From an uncultured Gemmatimonadaceae bacterium (GTDB lineage Bacteria > Gemmatimonadota > Gemmatimonadetes > Gemmatimonadales > Gemmatimonadaceae): a stretch of DNA of 59,082 nucleotides. Location of the stretch: contig CAWGJO010000044.1 in assembly GCA_963822945.1 (NCBI GenBank), positions 1 through 59,082 on the forward strand, written 5' to 3'. Every line of letters starts with the position of its first letter. Position 1 is the first letter of the stretch. The notes below the pieces were generated by a model, which had not been told where the DNA came from, did no database searches, and worked only from the letters and a program-made list of their open reading frames with translations. Below are positions 1 to 9,604 of this stretch, in pieces. The position numbers and the translations under genes were made by a program.

Positions 1-1282
1 ACATGTTCTCCACCATGAACACGCCGCCGTCCACCAGGATGCCGAAGTCGATGGCGCCGATGGAGAGCAGGTTGGCCGGAATGTGCTGCAGGTCCAGGAA
101 GATGAACGCGAAGAGCAGCGCCAGCGGGATCGTCACCGCCACGATGAGCCCCGAGCGGACGTCGTACAGGAAGAAGATCAGGACGACGACGACGAGCAGG
201 ATGCCGCGCAGCAGGTTGTCCTCGACCGTGCGCGTGGTCAGGTGCACCAGGTCGCTGCGGTCGTAGAACGTGTGGACCTTCACGTCCTTGGGCAGGATCT
301 GGGTGTTCAGCTCCTGCGTCATCGCCTCGACGCCGTTGAGCACGGTCTGGGTCTGCTCGCCCTTGCGCATCAGGATCACGCCTTCCACGGCGTCGTCCTG
401 GTCGTTGAAGCCGAACTGGCCCAGCCGCGGCGCGTGGCCGATGACCACGTCGCCCAGGTCCTTCACGAGCACCGGCGTGCCGTCGTTCACCGCGACGACG
501 ATCTGGCCGATGTCCTCGAGGGTGTGGACGCGGCCGAGCCCCCGCACGTAGTAGAACTGGCCGCCCTCGGAGTAGAAGCCACCGCCGGCGTTGCCGTTGT
601 TCGCGCCGAGGGCGTCCTCCACGTCGTCCACCGAGAGTCCCAGCGACGCGAGCTTGGTGGGGTTCAGCAGCACCTGGTACTGCATGGTCTCGCCGCCGAA
701 ACCCGACTCGTCGGCCACGCCCGGCACCGACTTGTACGCCTTGGAGACCACCCAGTCGTTGATGTTCTTCAGCTCCATGGGCGTCCGGTCGGGACTCTCC
801 AGCACGTAGCGGTAGACCAGCCCCGAGGGGGAGAAGAGCGGCGATGCGCCGGCGTCACGCCGTCGGGCAGCTCGACGTCGGCCAGCCGCTCGAAGGCCTG
901 CTGGCGCGCGAAGTAGTTGTCCGTGCCGTCCTCGAAGGTGAGGCGGATGCTGGACAGCCCGTAGAGCGAGATCGAGCGGATGATCTTGAGCTGCGGCAGC
1001 CCGTTCATCTCGATCTCGAGCGGCACGGTGATGAGCCGCTCGACCTCCTCGGCCGCGTGGCCCGGCCACTGCGTCGTGATCTCCACCATGGGCGGCGACA
1101 GATCCGGGATAGGCATCCACGGGGAGCCGCGTGAACGCCCGCACGCCGAGGCCGACGAGCAGGAGCGCGAGAAGGCACGACCAGGAAGGCGCTGGCCAGC
1201 GGGCCCGTGACGATGCGGTTGATGACGGGACGGGCGCTCCGGCTCCTTCCGGCGCTCCGGAGAACTTCTCGGGGGCGCTCAC
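1..1282 (-). CDS. CusA/CzcA-family heavy-metal RND efflux pump, N-terminal part (runs off window; several frameshifts)
   Basis: Pieces read PDLSPPMVEITTQWPGHAAEEVERLITVPLEIEMNG and, in another frame, ANLLSIGAIDFGILVDGGVFMVEN (HME-RND TM4 motif). GTG start overlaps the upstream stop (GTGA). Frame breaks near 845 and 1105-1235. Confidence 0.9.
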   Translation of the reverse strand, partial: MSAPEKFSGAPEGAGAPVPSSTASSRARWPAPSWSCLLALLLVGLGVRAFTRLPVDAYPGSVAAHGGDHDAVAGPRGRGGRAAHHRAARDRDERAAAAQDHPLDLALRAVQHPPHLRGRHGQLLRAPAGLRAAGRRRAARRRDAGASPLFSPSGLVYRYVLESPDRTPMELKNINDWVVSKAYKSVPGVADESGFGGETMQYQVLLNPTKLASLGLSVDDVEDALGANNGNAGGGFYSEGGQFYYVRGLGRVHTLEDIGQIVVAVNDGTPVLVKDLGDVVIGHAPRLGQFGFNDQDDAVEGVILMRKGEQTQTVLNGVEAMTQELNTQILPKDVKVHTFYDRSDLVHLTTRTVEDNLLRGILLVVVVLIFFLYDVRSGLIVAVTIPLALLFAFIFLDLQHIPANLLSIGAIDFGILVDGGVFMVENM

Positions 1283-2445
1283 TGGGTCAGCGCGAACTGC
1301 AGGAACAGCTCGCCCTCGGCGACACGACCTGGTCGCCCGACGCCAGGCCGTCGGTGATCTCGTAGCGCTCGCCGACCCGGTGCCGAGGGTCACGCGTGCG
1401 CCGCTGGAACCGTTGTCGCCCAGGCCCACGAACACGAACGGGCGGTTGTCCTCGTCGCGCTCCACGGCCGACGACGGGACCAGGATGCCCGGTCCGCTCG
1501 CGGCGGGAGTGGATGCGCACGTCGCACGTACATTCGCCCTTGCGCAGCCGGCGGGCGTTTCGGCACGATGCCCGCACGGACGTGGCCCGGGTGCCGGGAT
1601 CGACGAGGTCGGCCACGTAGTCGATGCGCCCGTGGACCGGACGCCGGCGTACGCGTTGCTCGTAGATGTCCACCGACTCGCCGCTCTGCACGTGAGCCAG
1701 GTCCGACTGGAAGACGTGGCCAAGCACCCACATGCGGGACACGTCGGCGACGGTGAAGGAGGGCGTGTCTCCCGCTGCGAGCAGCTGGCCCGGACGTGAT
1801 GAGCTTCTCCACCAGGGTGCCGTCGATGGGCGCCCGGATGACGCCGCCCACGGCGCCGGACGGGTCGCCGGCCTTCAGCTGGCCGGATCCGTGGAGTCGG
1901 CGCGCCCAGCGAGACGAGCTGCTGGAGCGCGGCGTCGACGTCGGCCTCGGCCGGAGACGCGTCGGTCTGCGGGCCTGCTCCATGTCCCGGCGGGCGATGG
2001 CGTCGTTCTTGAAGAGCTGCTCGTCGAGGTCGGCGATGCGGCGGCGTTCTGGGCCTGGCGCCTGCGCCTTGCGGAAGTCCGCGACGGCCGCCGCGAAGTC
2101 CGGCGACGAGACGATGGCCAGCGGCTGGCCCCGCGTCACGTGCGCGCCCGGCTCGACCAGGACGCGCTGGACGGGTCCCGAGATGGGCGCCAGCACCTGC
2201 GTGGACTGGTCGCCGTCGAAGGCGACCGTGCCGGTGACCTCGAGGCTGGGCCGGAACGTGGTGTCGGCCAGCGTGATCACGGTGAGGCGCGCGCGTTGGG
2301 AGTCGGTGACCGAGAAGGTCGTCGGCTTGACGATCGCGGTGGTATCGGAGACGGCACTGCCGCCGGTGCAGCCGGCGGCGAAGCCGGCGAGGGCGAGGAG
2401 CGCGGCGACGACGAGGGTCGCGGGCGCGGACGGACGCTTACTCAC
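1279..2445 (-). CDS. RND efflux periplasmic adaptor (CzcB/CusB-like membrane fusion lipoprotein), frameshifted
   Basis: Lipobox FAAGC; LEVTGTVAFD..VLAPISGPVQRVLVEPG; IRAPIDGTLVEK; MSRMWVLGHVFQSDL..GRIDYVADLVDPGTR. Split over several ORFs by indels. Confidence 0.88.
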
Positions 2446-3745
2446 GGGGAGCTCCAGGGGCGAACGTGGACAGCGGGGCACCGGCGGCGCGTTCGAGATC
2501 GGCGCGCGCGGAGTTGGCGGCAGCGAGGGCTTCGGCGTACTGGTTCTCGGCGTCGAGCAGCGACCGCCGCGCGTCGAGCACGTCGAGCGCGGACAGCCCG
2601 CCCAGGCCGTAGCTCACGGTGGCGACGCGGTAGGCCTCGCGCGTGGCGGGCAGCAGTTGGTCGCGGATGTAGACCACCTGGCGCATGGCGGCGTCGGCGG
2701 TGGCATAGCTGGTGCGGACGTCCTGGCCGACGGCGGCGCGGGCGTCGCGATACGCGGCGGCGAGTTCCAACTCGCGGTGATGGGTCTCGGCGTAGTCGCC
2801 GCCGGTGTGCTGCCAGAAGAAGAGCGGGATCGGGAACGCCAGGCCGGCCGAGTACAGCGTGCCCTGGTCGCCCTTGAAGTCCCGATAGGCAGAGAGCGTG
2901 ATGTCGGGCAGGATCGACTGCTCCCGCACCAGCCGGCTGTTGAGCTGGGCCGCGCGCTGCTGCGCCTGGAGGTCGGTCAGTTCGGGGCGCACGCGCAGGG
3001 CCTTCTGCTCCACGGCCTCGAGGTCGGGGAGCGGGGGCGGCACCTGGAGAGAATCGAGAAGTTCGATGGCCGAGCCGAGGGGGCGTCCGAGAATGCGGTT
3101 GAGGGCCGAGCGGGCGTTGGCGACGTCGCGCGCGTTGGCGATGAGGTCGTTCTGCGACTGCGCGACGTCCACCTGCGCCTTGATCACGTCGAGGCGCGGC
3201 ACCGTGCCGGCGTTGAACCGGGCCTCCGTCTTCTGCAGGAAGTCGTGGGCCAGGCTGTCGGCCTGCGTCAGGTCGCGGCGGTGCTGTTCGGCCAGCAGCA
3301 CGTTGTCGTACGACTGGCCGGCCGCGGCGGCGATCTGCTGCTGGAGCAGGCGGTACTGGGCCAGCGACGACCGCACGTTGGCGGAGCCGATGGAACTCTG
3401 CAGGCGAATCTTGTCAGGAAAGGGAATCACGAACCCGAGGCTCACGTTCCGCGACTGGGCGGTGTTCAGCCCGAGGAACCGGGTCTGGTCGTCGAGCGAG
3501 GCGCTCACCGCCGGGTCGGGAAGGGCCATGCCCTCCACGCGCTGCGCACGCACCTGCGCGGTCTGCTCGCGGGCCACGTCGAGTTGCGGGTTGGCGACCA
3601 GCGCCGTGGCGATGGCCTGATGCCGCGTCAGGCGGAGCGTGTCCACGGCGACGGCGGACGTACCGCCGCGCGCGGGCGCTCGTTGTTGGGCGGATGCGGT
3701 GCCGGCAACGCACGCCAGCGCGCACACCCAGAGGGATGTTCGCAT
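2438..3745 (-). CDS. TolC/CzcC-family outer membrane efflux protein
   Basis: Signal peptide and two OEP repeats (ARFNAGTVPRLDVIKAQVD; SYGLGGLSALDVLDARR); first structural gene of the RND operon. Confidence 0.92.
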   Translation of the reverse strand: MRTSLWVCALACVAGTASAQQRAPARGGTSAVAVDTLRLTRHQAIATALVANPQLDVAREQTAQVRAQRVEGMALPDPAVSASLDDQTRFLGLNTAQSRNVSLGFVIPFPDKIRLQSSIGSANVRSSLAQYRLLQQQIAAAAGQSYDNVLLAEQHRRDLTQADSLAHDFLQKTEARFNAGTVPRLDVIKAQVDVAQSQNDLIANARDVANARSALNRILGRPLGSAIELLDSLQVPPPLPDLEAVEQKALRVRPELTDLQAQQRAAQLNSRLVREQSILPDITLSAYRDFKGDQGTLYSAGLAFPIPLFFWQHTGGDYAETHHRELELAAAYRDARAAVGQDVRTSYATADAAMRQVVYIRDQLLPATREAYRVATVSYGLGGLSALDVLDARRSLLDAENQYAEALAAANSARADLERAAGAPLSTFAPGAPRE

Positions 3746-3779
3746 GCAGGATCTCAATTGAATGTCGGATGAATGGGCC

Positions 3780-3817
3780 GCAGGACGTACCCGGGCGCCG
3801 GGCGCACCGCGTCCTGC
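3780..3817 (-). promoter_or_regulatory. Stem-loop between leader ORF and TolC start
   Basis: GCAGGACG...CGTCCTGC outer stem with inner CCCGG/CCGGG pairing in the 88-nt spacer. Confidence 0.55.
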
Positions 3818-3833
3818 TGCTACCGTCGGGTTG

Positions 3834-4190
3834 TCAGCCGATGGCGGGTGGCGCGCGCGTGGAATGCGCCGCTTCGTCGCGCGTCACGACGGACACGTAC
3901 ACGCGCGACCGGGCGAAACGCGGGTGGGTCGCCTCGACGATCACGGCGGAGGCCGTGGACGGCAGTGCCCGGATGGAGCGGAGCGTACAGACCGGGCAGG
4001 TGGCCTCGTTGTGGACCACGAAGTGGTGCGACGTGCCCGTGGGCTCGATGTGCGATTCCGGCGCCGTGTGGTGCGGCTCCATCAACGGCGCCAACGCGAT
4101 CGTGAACTCCAACACCATGAGGGCGAGGAGCGCGATCCTGCGCGTCAAGCGGTTGGGAGAGGCGCCGTTCAGGCGAAAGAGACCGGACAT
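3834..4190 (-). CDS. DUF2946/CruR/CutF-like leader protein (hydrophobic segment, His cluster, CPVC, C-terminal RAPP)
   Basis: RRIALLALMVLEFTIALAP, HHTAPESH..SHHFVVHN, CPVC, ends STRAPPAIG*; directly upstream of the metal efflux operon. Confidence 0.75.
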   Translation of the reverse strand: MSGLFRLNGASPNRLTRRIALLALMVLEFTIALAPLMEPHHTAPESHIEPTGTSHHFVVHNEATCPVCTLRSIRALPSTASAVIVEATHPRFARSRVYVSVVTRDEAAHSTRAPPAIG

Positions 4191-4242
4191 GTTCGGGACA
4201 GAATACGACTCGGTACCGGAAAGCGCCAGTTTGGTTCCGACC

Positions 4243-5154
4243 TCATCGCGCCGCGGCGTACCGGCGCAACCGCGCCAGCATCTTCCGGTCGGTTTTGGTG
4301 GCGTCGTCGCCCTTGGGCGTCTCGAGCACCTTGGCCACGGCGCGGAACCGGTCGTCGGTCATGATGCGGCGGAACGGCGCGGGGCCCAGCGTGCCCTCGC
4401 CGATCAGCTCGTGCCGGTCGCGGCGCGAATCGAACGGCATTTTGGAATCGTTGAGATGCAGGACGCGCAGCCGCCGTTCGCCCAGCACGTCGTCGAACCG
4501 CGCCCACACGCCGTCGAAGTCGCGCACCAGGTCGTAGCCCGCCGAGTAGATGTGGCAGGTGTCCACGCACACGCCCATGCGTTTGCGCTGGGCGGCAGGC
4601 ACGAGTTCCAGCAGCTGCGCGAGTTCCTCGAACGTGCTGCCGATGACGGTGCCCGCGCCGGCGGTGGTCTCCATGCACAGGATCGTCTTGCCGCCCACGC
4701 GCTCCAGGGCCTCGGTGATGGCGTCGGCGTTCCGTTGGATGCCGGCCGTCCGCTCGTCCATGAAGTTGCCGGGGTGCGACACCAGGTAGGTGATGCCAAG
4801 CGCGTGGCATCGCTGCAGCTCGGCCACGAACGATTCGATCGATCGCCGGCGGAGCACGGGATCGGGGCTGGCGAGGTTGATCAGGTACGAGTCGTGCACC
4901 ACGGTCACCGCGACGTCGGTCTCGCGGAGCCGCGCACGGAAGGTCTTCGCCTCCTCGGGGTCCACGGCGCGCTCGGCCCAGCGGTTGGCCATCTTGGTGA
5001 ACATCTGCAACGCGGTGGCGCCGATGGCCGCGGCGCGGGGCGGCGCTTCGGCCGTACCGCCGGCAATGGAGACGTGGGCGCCGAGGCGTTCGCCGCCGCC
5101 GCGCGGCTTCGGACGCCGCGCGGCGGCCCGGCGCTTGGGCGGGGCCGCGCTCAT
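4243..5154 (-). CDS. nfo: Endonuclease IV (AP endonuclease)
   Basis: GAHVSIAGG, VHDSYLINLAS, HPG, METTAG, CVDTCH, HLNDSK..DRHE, LETP motifs. ATG at 5154 overlaps the upstream stop. Confidence 0.95.
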   Translation of the reverse strand: MSAAPPKRRAAARRPKPRGGGERLGAHVSIAGGTAEAPPRAAAIGATALQMFTKMANRWAERAVDPEEAKTFRARLRETDVAVTVVHDSYLINLASPDPVLRRRSIESFVAELQRCHALGITYLVSHPGNFMDERTAGIQRNADAITEALERVGGKTILCMETTAGAGTVIGSTFEELAQLLELVPAAQRKRMGVCVDTCHIYSAGYDLVRDFDGVWARFDDVLGERRLRVLHLNDSKMPFDSRRDRHELIGEGTLGPAPFRRIMTDDRFRAVAKVLETPKGDDATKTDRKMLARLRRYAAAR

Positions 5155-5360
5155 ACGAATTCGGACGAGCGTCCGCGCAGCGAACGGCCGCACTGCGGGC
5201 AGAACAGGTCGCCCTCGCCCTCGTGCAGCGCGTAGTCGAACCGGCGGCCGCACGCGCACGCCGACTCCAGCCCCTCGTGGCCGCAGGCGAGGCAGAAGCG
5301 GTCGTCGGATTCGTAGGCGCGAAAGCGCGAACACACGGCACAGCGTTTGACGACGGTCAT
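5151..5360 (-). CDS. Small double zinc-ribbon protein (69 aa)
   Basis: MTVVKRCAVC..CLAC..CAC..CPQC; ATGA overlaps with envC and nfo at both ends. Confidence 0.8.
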   Translation of the reverse strand: MTVVKRCAVCSRFRAYESDDRFCLACGHEGLESACACGRRFDYALHEGEGDLFCPQCGRSLRGRSSEFV

Positions 5361-6535
5361 CGGTGGCGGAGCCAGATGGTGGGATCCACGGCCGGCCCAC
5401 CGTGCTGGCGGACCTCGAAGTGGAGGTGGGGCGGGAAGTCGGGGTCGGACATGCCCACGGTGCCGATCACCTGGTCGCGCGTCACGTGTTCGCCCAGCTT
5501 CACGCGGGTGCTCTGCAGGGACCCGTAGATCGAATAGTCGCCGCCGCCGTGATCGACGATCACGGTGAGCCCGTAGAGCCCGAGTTGGCGCACGCTCACC
5601 ACCTCGCCCGGCGCCACCACGTGCACGGGCGTGCCGGCGGGGGCCGCGATGCCGATGCCGTTCCAGCGGATGGTCGTGTTGTTCGACTGCACCTGGCGGC
5701 CGAACGGATACAGAATGGAGCCCTGCACGGGCCAGTCGAGCTTGCCGTAGTCGGCGGTGGTGATGCTGCTGCGGCTGCCGGCGGCGCTGGGGCTGGCCTC
5801 GGCGGCCCGCTTGCGCGCTGCTTCCAGCGCGGCAATGGCGTTGGTGAGCTGGCCCTCGGTGCGCCGCACGGCGGCCAGCCGTTCCCCGGTCTGCCGCACC
5901 TGGCGTTGGACGACGGCGAGATTCTGCTGTCGTTGGCGTTCGAGCAACCGCAGGTTGGCCTCCTCCTGCTGCTTGTCGCTCCGGTTCTGCGCCACGGCGT
6001 TCTGCAGCGTCACCAGCCGGTTGCGGTCCTCGGTCACCTGATTGCGGAGCGTCTCCACGTGGTTCACCAGCGCCCGGTCGCGCAGGGCCAGCAGGTGGAG
6101 ATACTTGTAGCGGGCCACGAGGTCGCCGAACGACTGCGCGGACAGCAGGACCTCGAAGGTGAACAGCGGGCCGCGCTTGTAGATCTCCACGAGCCGGTTC
6201 TGGAGAATGGCGCGCTGGCTGGCGAGATCGTCTTCGGTGCGGACCAGGTTGCCGGTGGCCTCGGACACGTCGGCGTTGATGGTGACGAGCTGGCGGTCCA
6301 GGGCGCTGACGATGCGCGCCGTGGCGTCGGCGCGGCGGTCGAGGTTGGTCACCTCTTCGTCCAGATCGTGCGCCGAGCTCTGCAACTGCAGCATGCGCTG
6401 CTCGAGCGCGGCGCGTTCGCGGCGGATCTGCTCCAGCGTGTCGCGCTGGGCGCGGAGCCGGCGATCGGTCTCGCTCTGCTGCTGGGCGTGGGCCGCTCGC
6501 GGGGCGGCCCCCAGCGCGAGCGCGACGGCGACCAC
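5357..6535 (-). CDS. envC: Murein hydrolase activator EnvC family (coiled coil plus M23 domain)
   Basis: Signal peptide, long coiled coil, LDWPVQG, WNGIGI, YGLTVIVDHG, HLHFEVR; follows ftsEX. Start may be a few codons upstream. Confidence 0.88.
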   Translation of the reverse strand: MVAVALALGAAPRAAHAQQQSETDRRLRAQRDTLEQIRRERAALEQRMLQLQSSAHDLDEEVTNLDRRADATARIVSALDRQLVTINADVSEATGNLVRTEDDLASQRAILQNRLVEIYKRGPLFTFEVLLSAQSFGDLVARYKYLHLLALRDRALVNHVETLRNQVTEDRNRLVTLQNAVAQNRSDKQQEEANLRLLERQRQQNLAVVQRQVRQTGERLAAVRRTEGQLTNAIAALEAARKRAAEASPSAAGSRSSITTADYGKLDWPVQGSILYPFGRQVQSNNTTIRWNGIGIAAPAGTPVHVVAPGEVVSVRQLGLYGLTVIVDHGGGDYSIYGSLQSTRVKLGEHVTRDQVIGTVGMSDPDFPPHLHFEVRQHGGPAVDPTIWLRHR

Positions 6536-6564
6536 GGCCGCGGTCGCGGCAAGCCGGGGTCGCC

Positions 6565-7416
6565 TCAGACCCCGCGTAGGTGCCTCCCCACGGCCACCGC
6601 GCTGCCGGCCAGGCCGATGAACGCACCGGCGACCACGCCGAGCACGGCGAGGGATGGGCTGAAGAAGACCGTGTGGAAGTTGAGGTAGCGATCGATGAGA
6701 TGCATGCTGAGCCAGGTCAGCAGGAGCGCCAGCAGTCCGCCCAGCACACCCTTGCCGAATCCCTCCAGCAGGAACGGGCGGCGGATGTAGCCGTCGGTGG
6801 CGCCCACCAGCCGCATGATCGAGATCTCCTCGGCGCGGGCCAACACGGCCATGCGGATGGTGGCGCCGATGATGATCACGGCCACCGCGGCAAAGGCGAG
6901 TCCGAGCGCGAGCCCGGCCACGCCGGCGATGTTGCGCAACCGGTAGAGTTGCACCAGCCAGTCCTCGCCGTAGCGCACGTCCTCCACGAACGGATAGCTC
7001 TTGAGGCGCTCGGCCACCCGCGCCACGGTGGCGGGGTCGCGGAATCCGGGTTTCAGGCGGATGTCGATGGAGGCCGGCAGCACGCCGGCCTCGAACACGT
7101 CGGAGAACTCCGAGAGTTCCTTGCGGGCCCGGGCCAGCGCCTGATCCTTGGACACGATGTCCACGCTCAGCACTTCGGGGAACGCGGCGATGTCGCCGGC
7201 GGCGGCCGCGATCGATTCGGCATCGGTGCCGTCGGCCACGAACGCGCGGACCTCGACGCGCTCCTCCACCTGCTGCAGGGCGGCGCGGATGTTGAGCGCC
7301 ACCAGGCCGAACAGGCCGAAGGCGAACAGCGAGAAGGCGATGGTGGTGACGCTCAGCGCGGCCAGCAGCGGCGAGCGTTCGAGCGCGGCCGATGCGTCGC
7401 GGATGGTCCGCCTCAT
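6565..7416 (-). CDS. ftsX: Cell division permease FtsX
   Basis: Four TM layout; IRMAVLARAEEISIMRLVGATDGYIRRPFLLEG. Confidence 0.93.
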   Translation of the reverse strand: MRRTIRDASAALERSPLLAALSVTTIAFSLFAFGLFGLVALNIRAALQQVEERVEVRAFVADGTDAESIAAAAGDIAAFPEVLSVDIVSKDQALARARKELSEFSDVFEAGVLPASIDIRLKPGFRDPATVARVAERLKSYPFVEDVRYGEDWLVQLYRLRNIAGVAGLALGLAFAAVAVIIIGATIRMAVLARAEEISIMRLVGATDGYIRRPFLLEGFGKGVLGGLLALLLTWLSMHLIDRYLNFHTVFFSPSLAVLGVVAGAFIGLAGSAVAVGRHLRGV

Positions 7417-8096
7417 GCGCCCGCCTCCCCGGTGTCCTTGGAGTCGTACACGATCTGCCCGCGGTTGAGTTCCACGGTGCGGTAGTCGGCGTGGCGCACC
7501 AGCTCGAGGTCGTGCGTGGCCATCATGATGGCCGTGCCCGACGCGTTGATCTCGCGCAGCAGCTGGAAGATGCCGCGCGTGGCGCGTTCATCCAGGTTGC
7601 CGGTGGGTTCGTCGGCAATGAGCACGAACGGATCGTTCACCAGGGCGCGGGCGATGGCCACCCGCTGCTGCTCGCCGCCCGAGAGTTCCTTGGGGAAGGC
7701 GGTGGCCTTGGAGGCGAGCCCCACCTGCGTGAGCACGCGGCTCACCTTGGGCCCGATCTGCGGGCGCGGCGTGCCGGTCACCTCGAGGGCAAAGGCCACG
7801 TTGGCCTCGGCGGTGCGGTCTTCCAGCAGGCGGAAGTCCTGGAACACGATGCCGAGGCGGCGGCGCAGCTTGGACACCTCGCGGCGCGAAGCGTGCTCCG
7901 AACTCACGCCGCTCACCCGCACGACGCCGGTGGTGGGGCGCTCGTCGAAGTAGCTGAGCCGCAGGATCGTACTCTTGCCGGCGCCGCTCGGACCGGTGAG
8001 GAAGACGAACTCGCCCTTGCCCACGCGGAACGAGACTTCCTTCAACGCCATCCCCGACCGCTGGTATTCCTTGGTGACCTGGTGAAACCGGATCAC
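7413..8096 (-). CDS. ftsE: Cell division ATP-binding protein FtsE
   Basis: [55 protein letters not shown] start at 8096. Confidence 0.95.
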   Translation of the reverse strand: MIRFHQVTKEYQRSGMALKEVSFRVGKGEFVFLTGPSGAGKSTILRLSYFDERPTTGVVRVSGVSSEHASRREVSKLRRRLGIVFQDFRLLEDRTAEANVAFALEVTGTPRPQIGPKVSRVLTQVGLASKATAFPKELSGGEQQRVAIARALVNDPFVLIADEPTGNLDERATRGIFQLLREINASGTAIMMATHDLELVRHADYRTVELNRGQIVYDSKDTGEAGA

Positions 8097-8122
8097 GCCC
8101 CCCGTCCCCACGTCCGCGCCGG

Positions 8123-9289
8123 TCAATGCAACGCCTGCTCGAGGTCGGCGATGAGATCGTCCGCGCTCTCGATGCCGATGCTGAGACGCAGAAAGCCGTC
8201 GGGGATGCCGACGCGGCTGCGCTCGCTGGAGGAGAGGCCGGCGTGCGACGTGAAGCGCGGTTCCGACACCAGGGAGTCGACCCCGCCCAGGCTCGGGGCG
8301 TGCTGGAACACGCGCAGCTTGCGGAGCATGCGGTCCACGGCGCGGGCGCCGCCCGCCAGCTCGATGCCCATCATCCCGCCGAACCCGTCGAGCGTCCGCG
8401 CCGCGAGTTCGTGGTCGGGGTGCGAGGGCAGGCCGGGGTAGTGCACCTTGCGGATGTCCTTGCAGGCCTCCGCCCACTCGGCCACCTGCATGGCGTTGGC
8501 ATTGTGGCGCTGGATCCGGACGTCCAGCGTCTTCAGCCCGCGTTCCAGCAACCAGGCCGCGAACGGATCGGGCGCCTGCCCCCAGAGCATCATCTTCTGT
8601 CGCACTTCTTCAATGTAAGGGGCCGTGCCCGACACCACGCCCCCGAGCACGTCATGGTGCCCGTTCAGGTACTTGGTGGCCGAATGGATGGACACGTCGG
8701 CGCCGTGTTCGATGGGCCGGAAATTGATCGGGCTGGCGAACGTGGCGTCCACCACGAGCGCGATGCCGCGTTCCTTGCAGATGTAGCTCACCGGCGCCAG
8801 GTCGAGCACGCGACAGGTGGGGTTCACGGGCGTCTCGAGGAACACGACGCGCGTCTGCTTGGTGATCGTCCGCCGCCACGCGCGCACCTCGAGCGGGTCG
8901 GCGAGCGTGACCTCGATGCCGAGCGAGGCGAGTTCCTGTTCGAGCAGGGCACGGGTGCCCCCGTAGATCCACTTGCTGGCCACGATGTGGTCGCCGGGCC
9001 GGAGCAGGGCCGTGAGCGCGCAGGCCGTGGCGCCCATGCCGCTGGCCACGAGCACCGATGCCTCGGCCTCCTCCAGGGCGGCCATCCGGCGCTGGACGGC
9101 TTCGGCGTTGGGCGCGTTGCCGTAGCGGGGGTAGCGCATCCCGCCGCTGGTGCCGATCTCCTGGATGTAGTTGACCGACTGGTAGAGCGCGCGCACCACG
9201 GGCGCGTCGACTTCACGTTCCCCGGCGTCGAGACCGCCGTGCAACGGCAGCGAGGCGCGGTTCAATGGACGCTGCTGTCTCTTGGGCAT
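8123..9289 (-). CDS. Cys/Met metabolism PLP enzyme (cystathionine gamma-synthase/lyase or methionine gamma-lyase family)
   Basis: YPRYGN, SGMGA, FLETPVNP, VVDATFASP, HSATKYLNGHHD (PLP Lys), SLGGVDSL, LRLSIGIE. Confidence 0.92.
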   Translation of the reverse strand: MPKRQQRPLNRASLPLHGGLDAGEREVDAPVVRALYQSVNYIQEIGTSGGMRYPRYGNAPNAEAVQRRMAALEEAEASVLVASGMGATACALTALLRPGDHIVASKWIYGGTRALLEQELASLGIEVTLADPLEVRAWRRTITKQTRVVFLETPVNPTCRVLDLAPVSYICKERGIALVVDATFASPINFRPIEHGADVSIHSATKYLNGHHDVLGGVVSGTAPYIEEVRQKMMLWGQAPDPFAAWLLERGLKTLDVRIQRHNANAMQVAEWAEACKDIRKVHYPGLPSHPDHELAARTLDGFGGMMGIELAGGARAVDRMLRKLRVFQHAPSLGGVDSLVSEPRFTSHAGLSSSERSRVGIPDGFLRLSIGIESADDLIADLEQALH

Positions 9290-9298
9290 CGGGTGGAC

Positions 9299-9604
9299 TC
9301 AGGCGTACGCGGGTGGACGCCCGCGCGAATCGAGGTCGGGCTTGATCACCCGAACGATCTCCGATGGCGAGGCGCCGGCGACGTCGCGCAGCACCACGTC
9401 TCCCTTCTTCATCGCTTCGTCGATGTACACCGTGGCGAGTTCATGGCGGCGCGGGCCGTACACCCACGCCAATTCGCCGTCGCTGAGCAGCCTCGAGCGG
9501 GCGTCTTCCGGATGCATGAACACCGCCGGTCCGCGCGCAGGGTCGCCCACTCTGGTCGCAATCAGTTGCGCGACCCGCAGCGGACGACGAATCTGCTCAT
9601 CCAC
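9299..9604 (-). CDS. Stand-alone molybdopterin-dinucleotide-binding-like (double-psi barrel) protein
   Basis: VFMHPEDARSRLLSDGELAWVYGPR..ATVYIDEAMKKGDVV; GGAGG RBS before GTG 9604; overlaps the upstream stop. Confidence 0.7.
   Translation of the reverse strand: MDEQIRRPLRVAQLIATRVGDPARGPAVFMHPEDARSRLLSDGELAWVYGPRRHELATVYIDEAMKKGDVVLRDVAGASPSEIVRVIKPDLDSRGRPPAYA

Noticed and set aside
1..2445. Efflux genes as pseudogenes
   Set aside because: Indels cluster at the window edge while motifs and codon bias stay intact; more likely low-quality consensus. Reads are needed to be sure.
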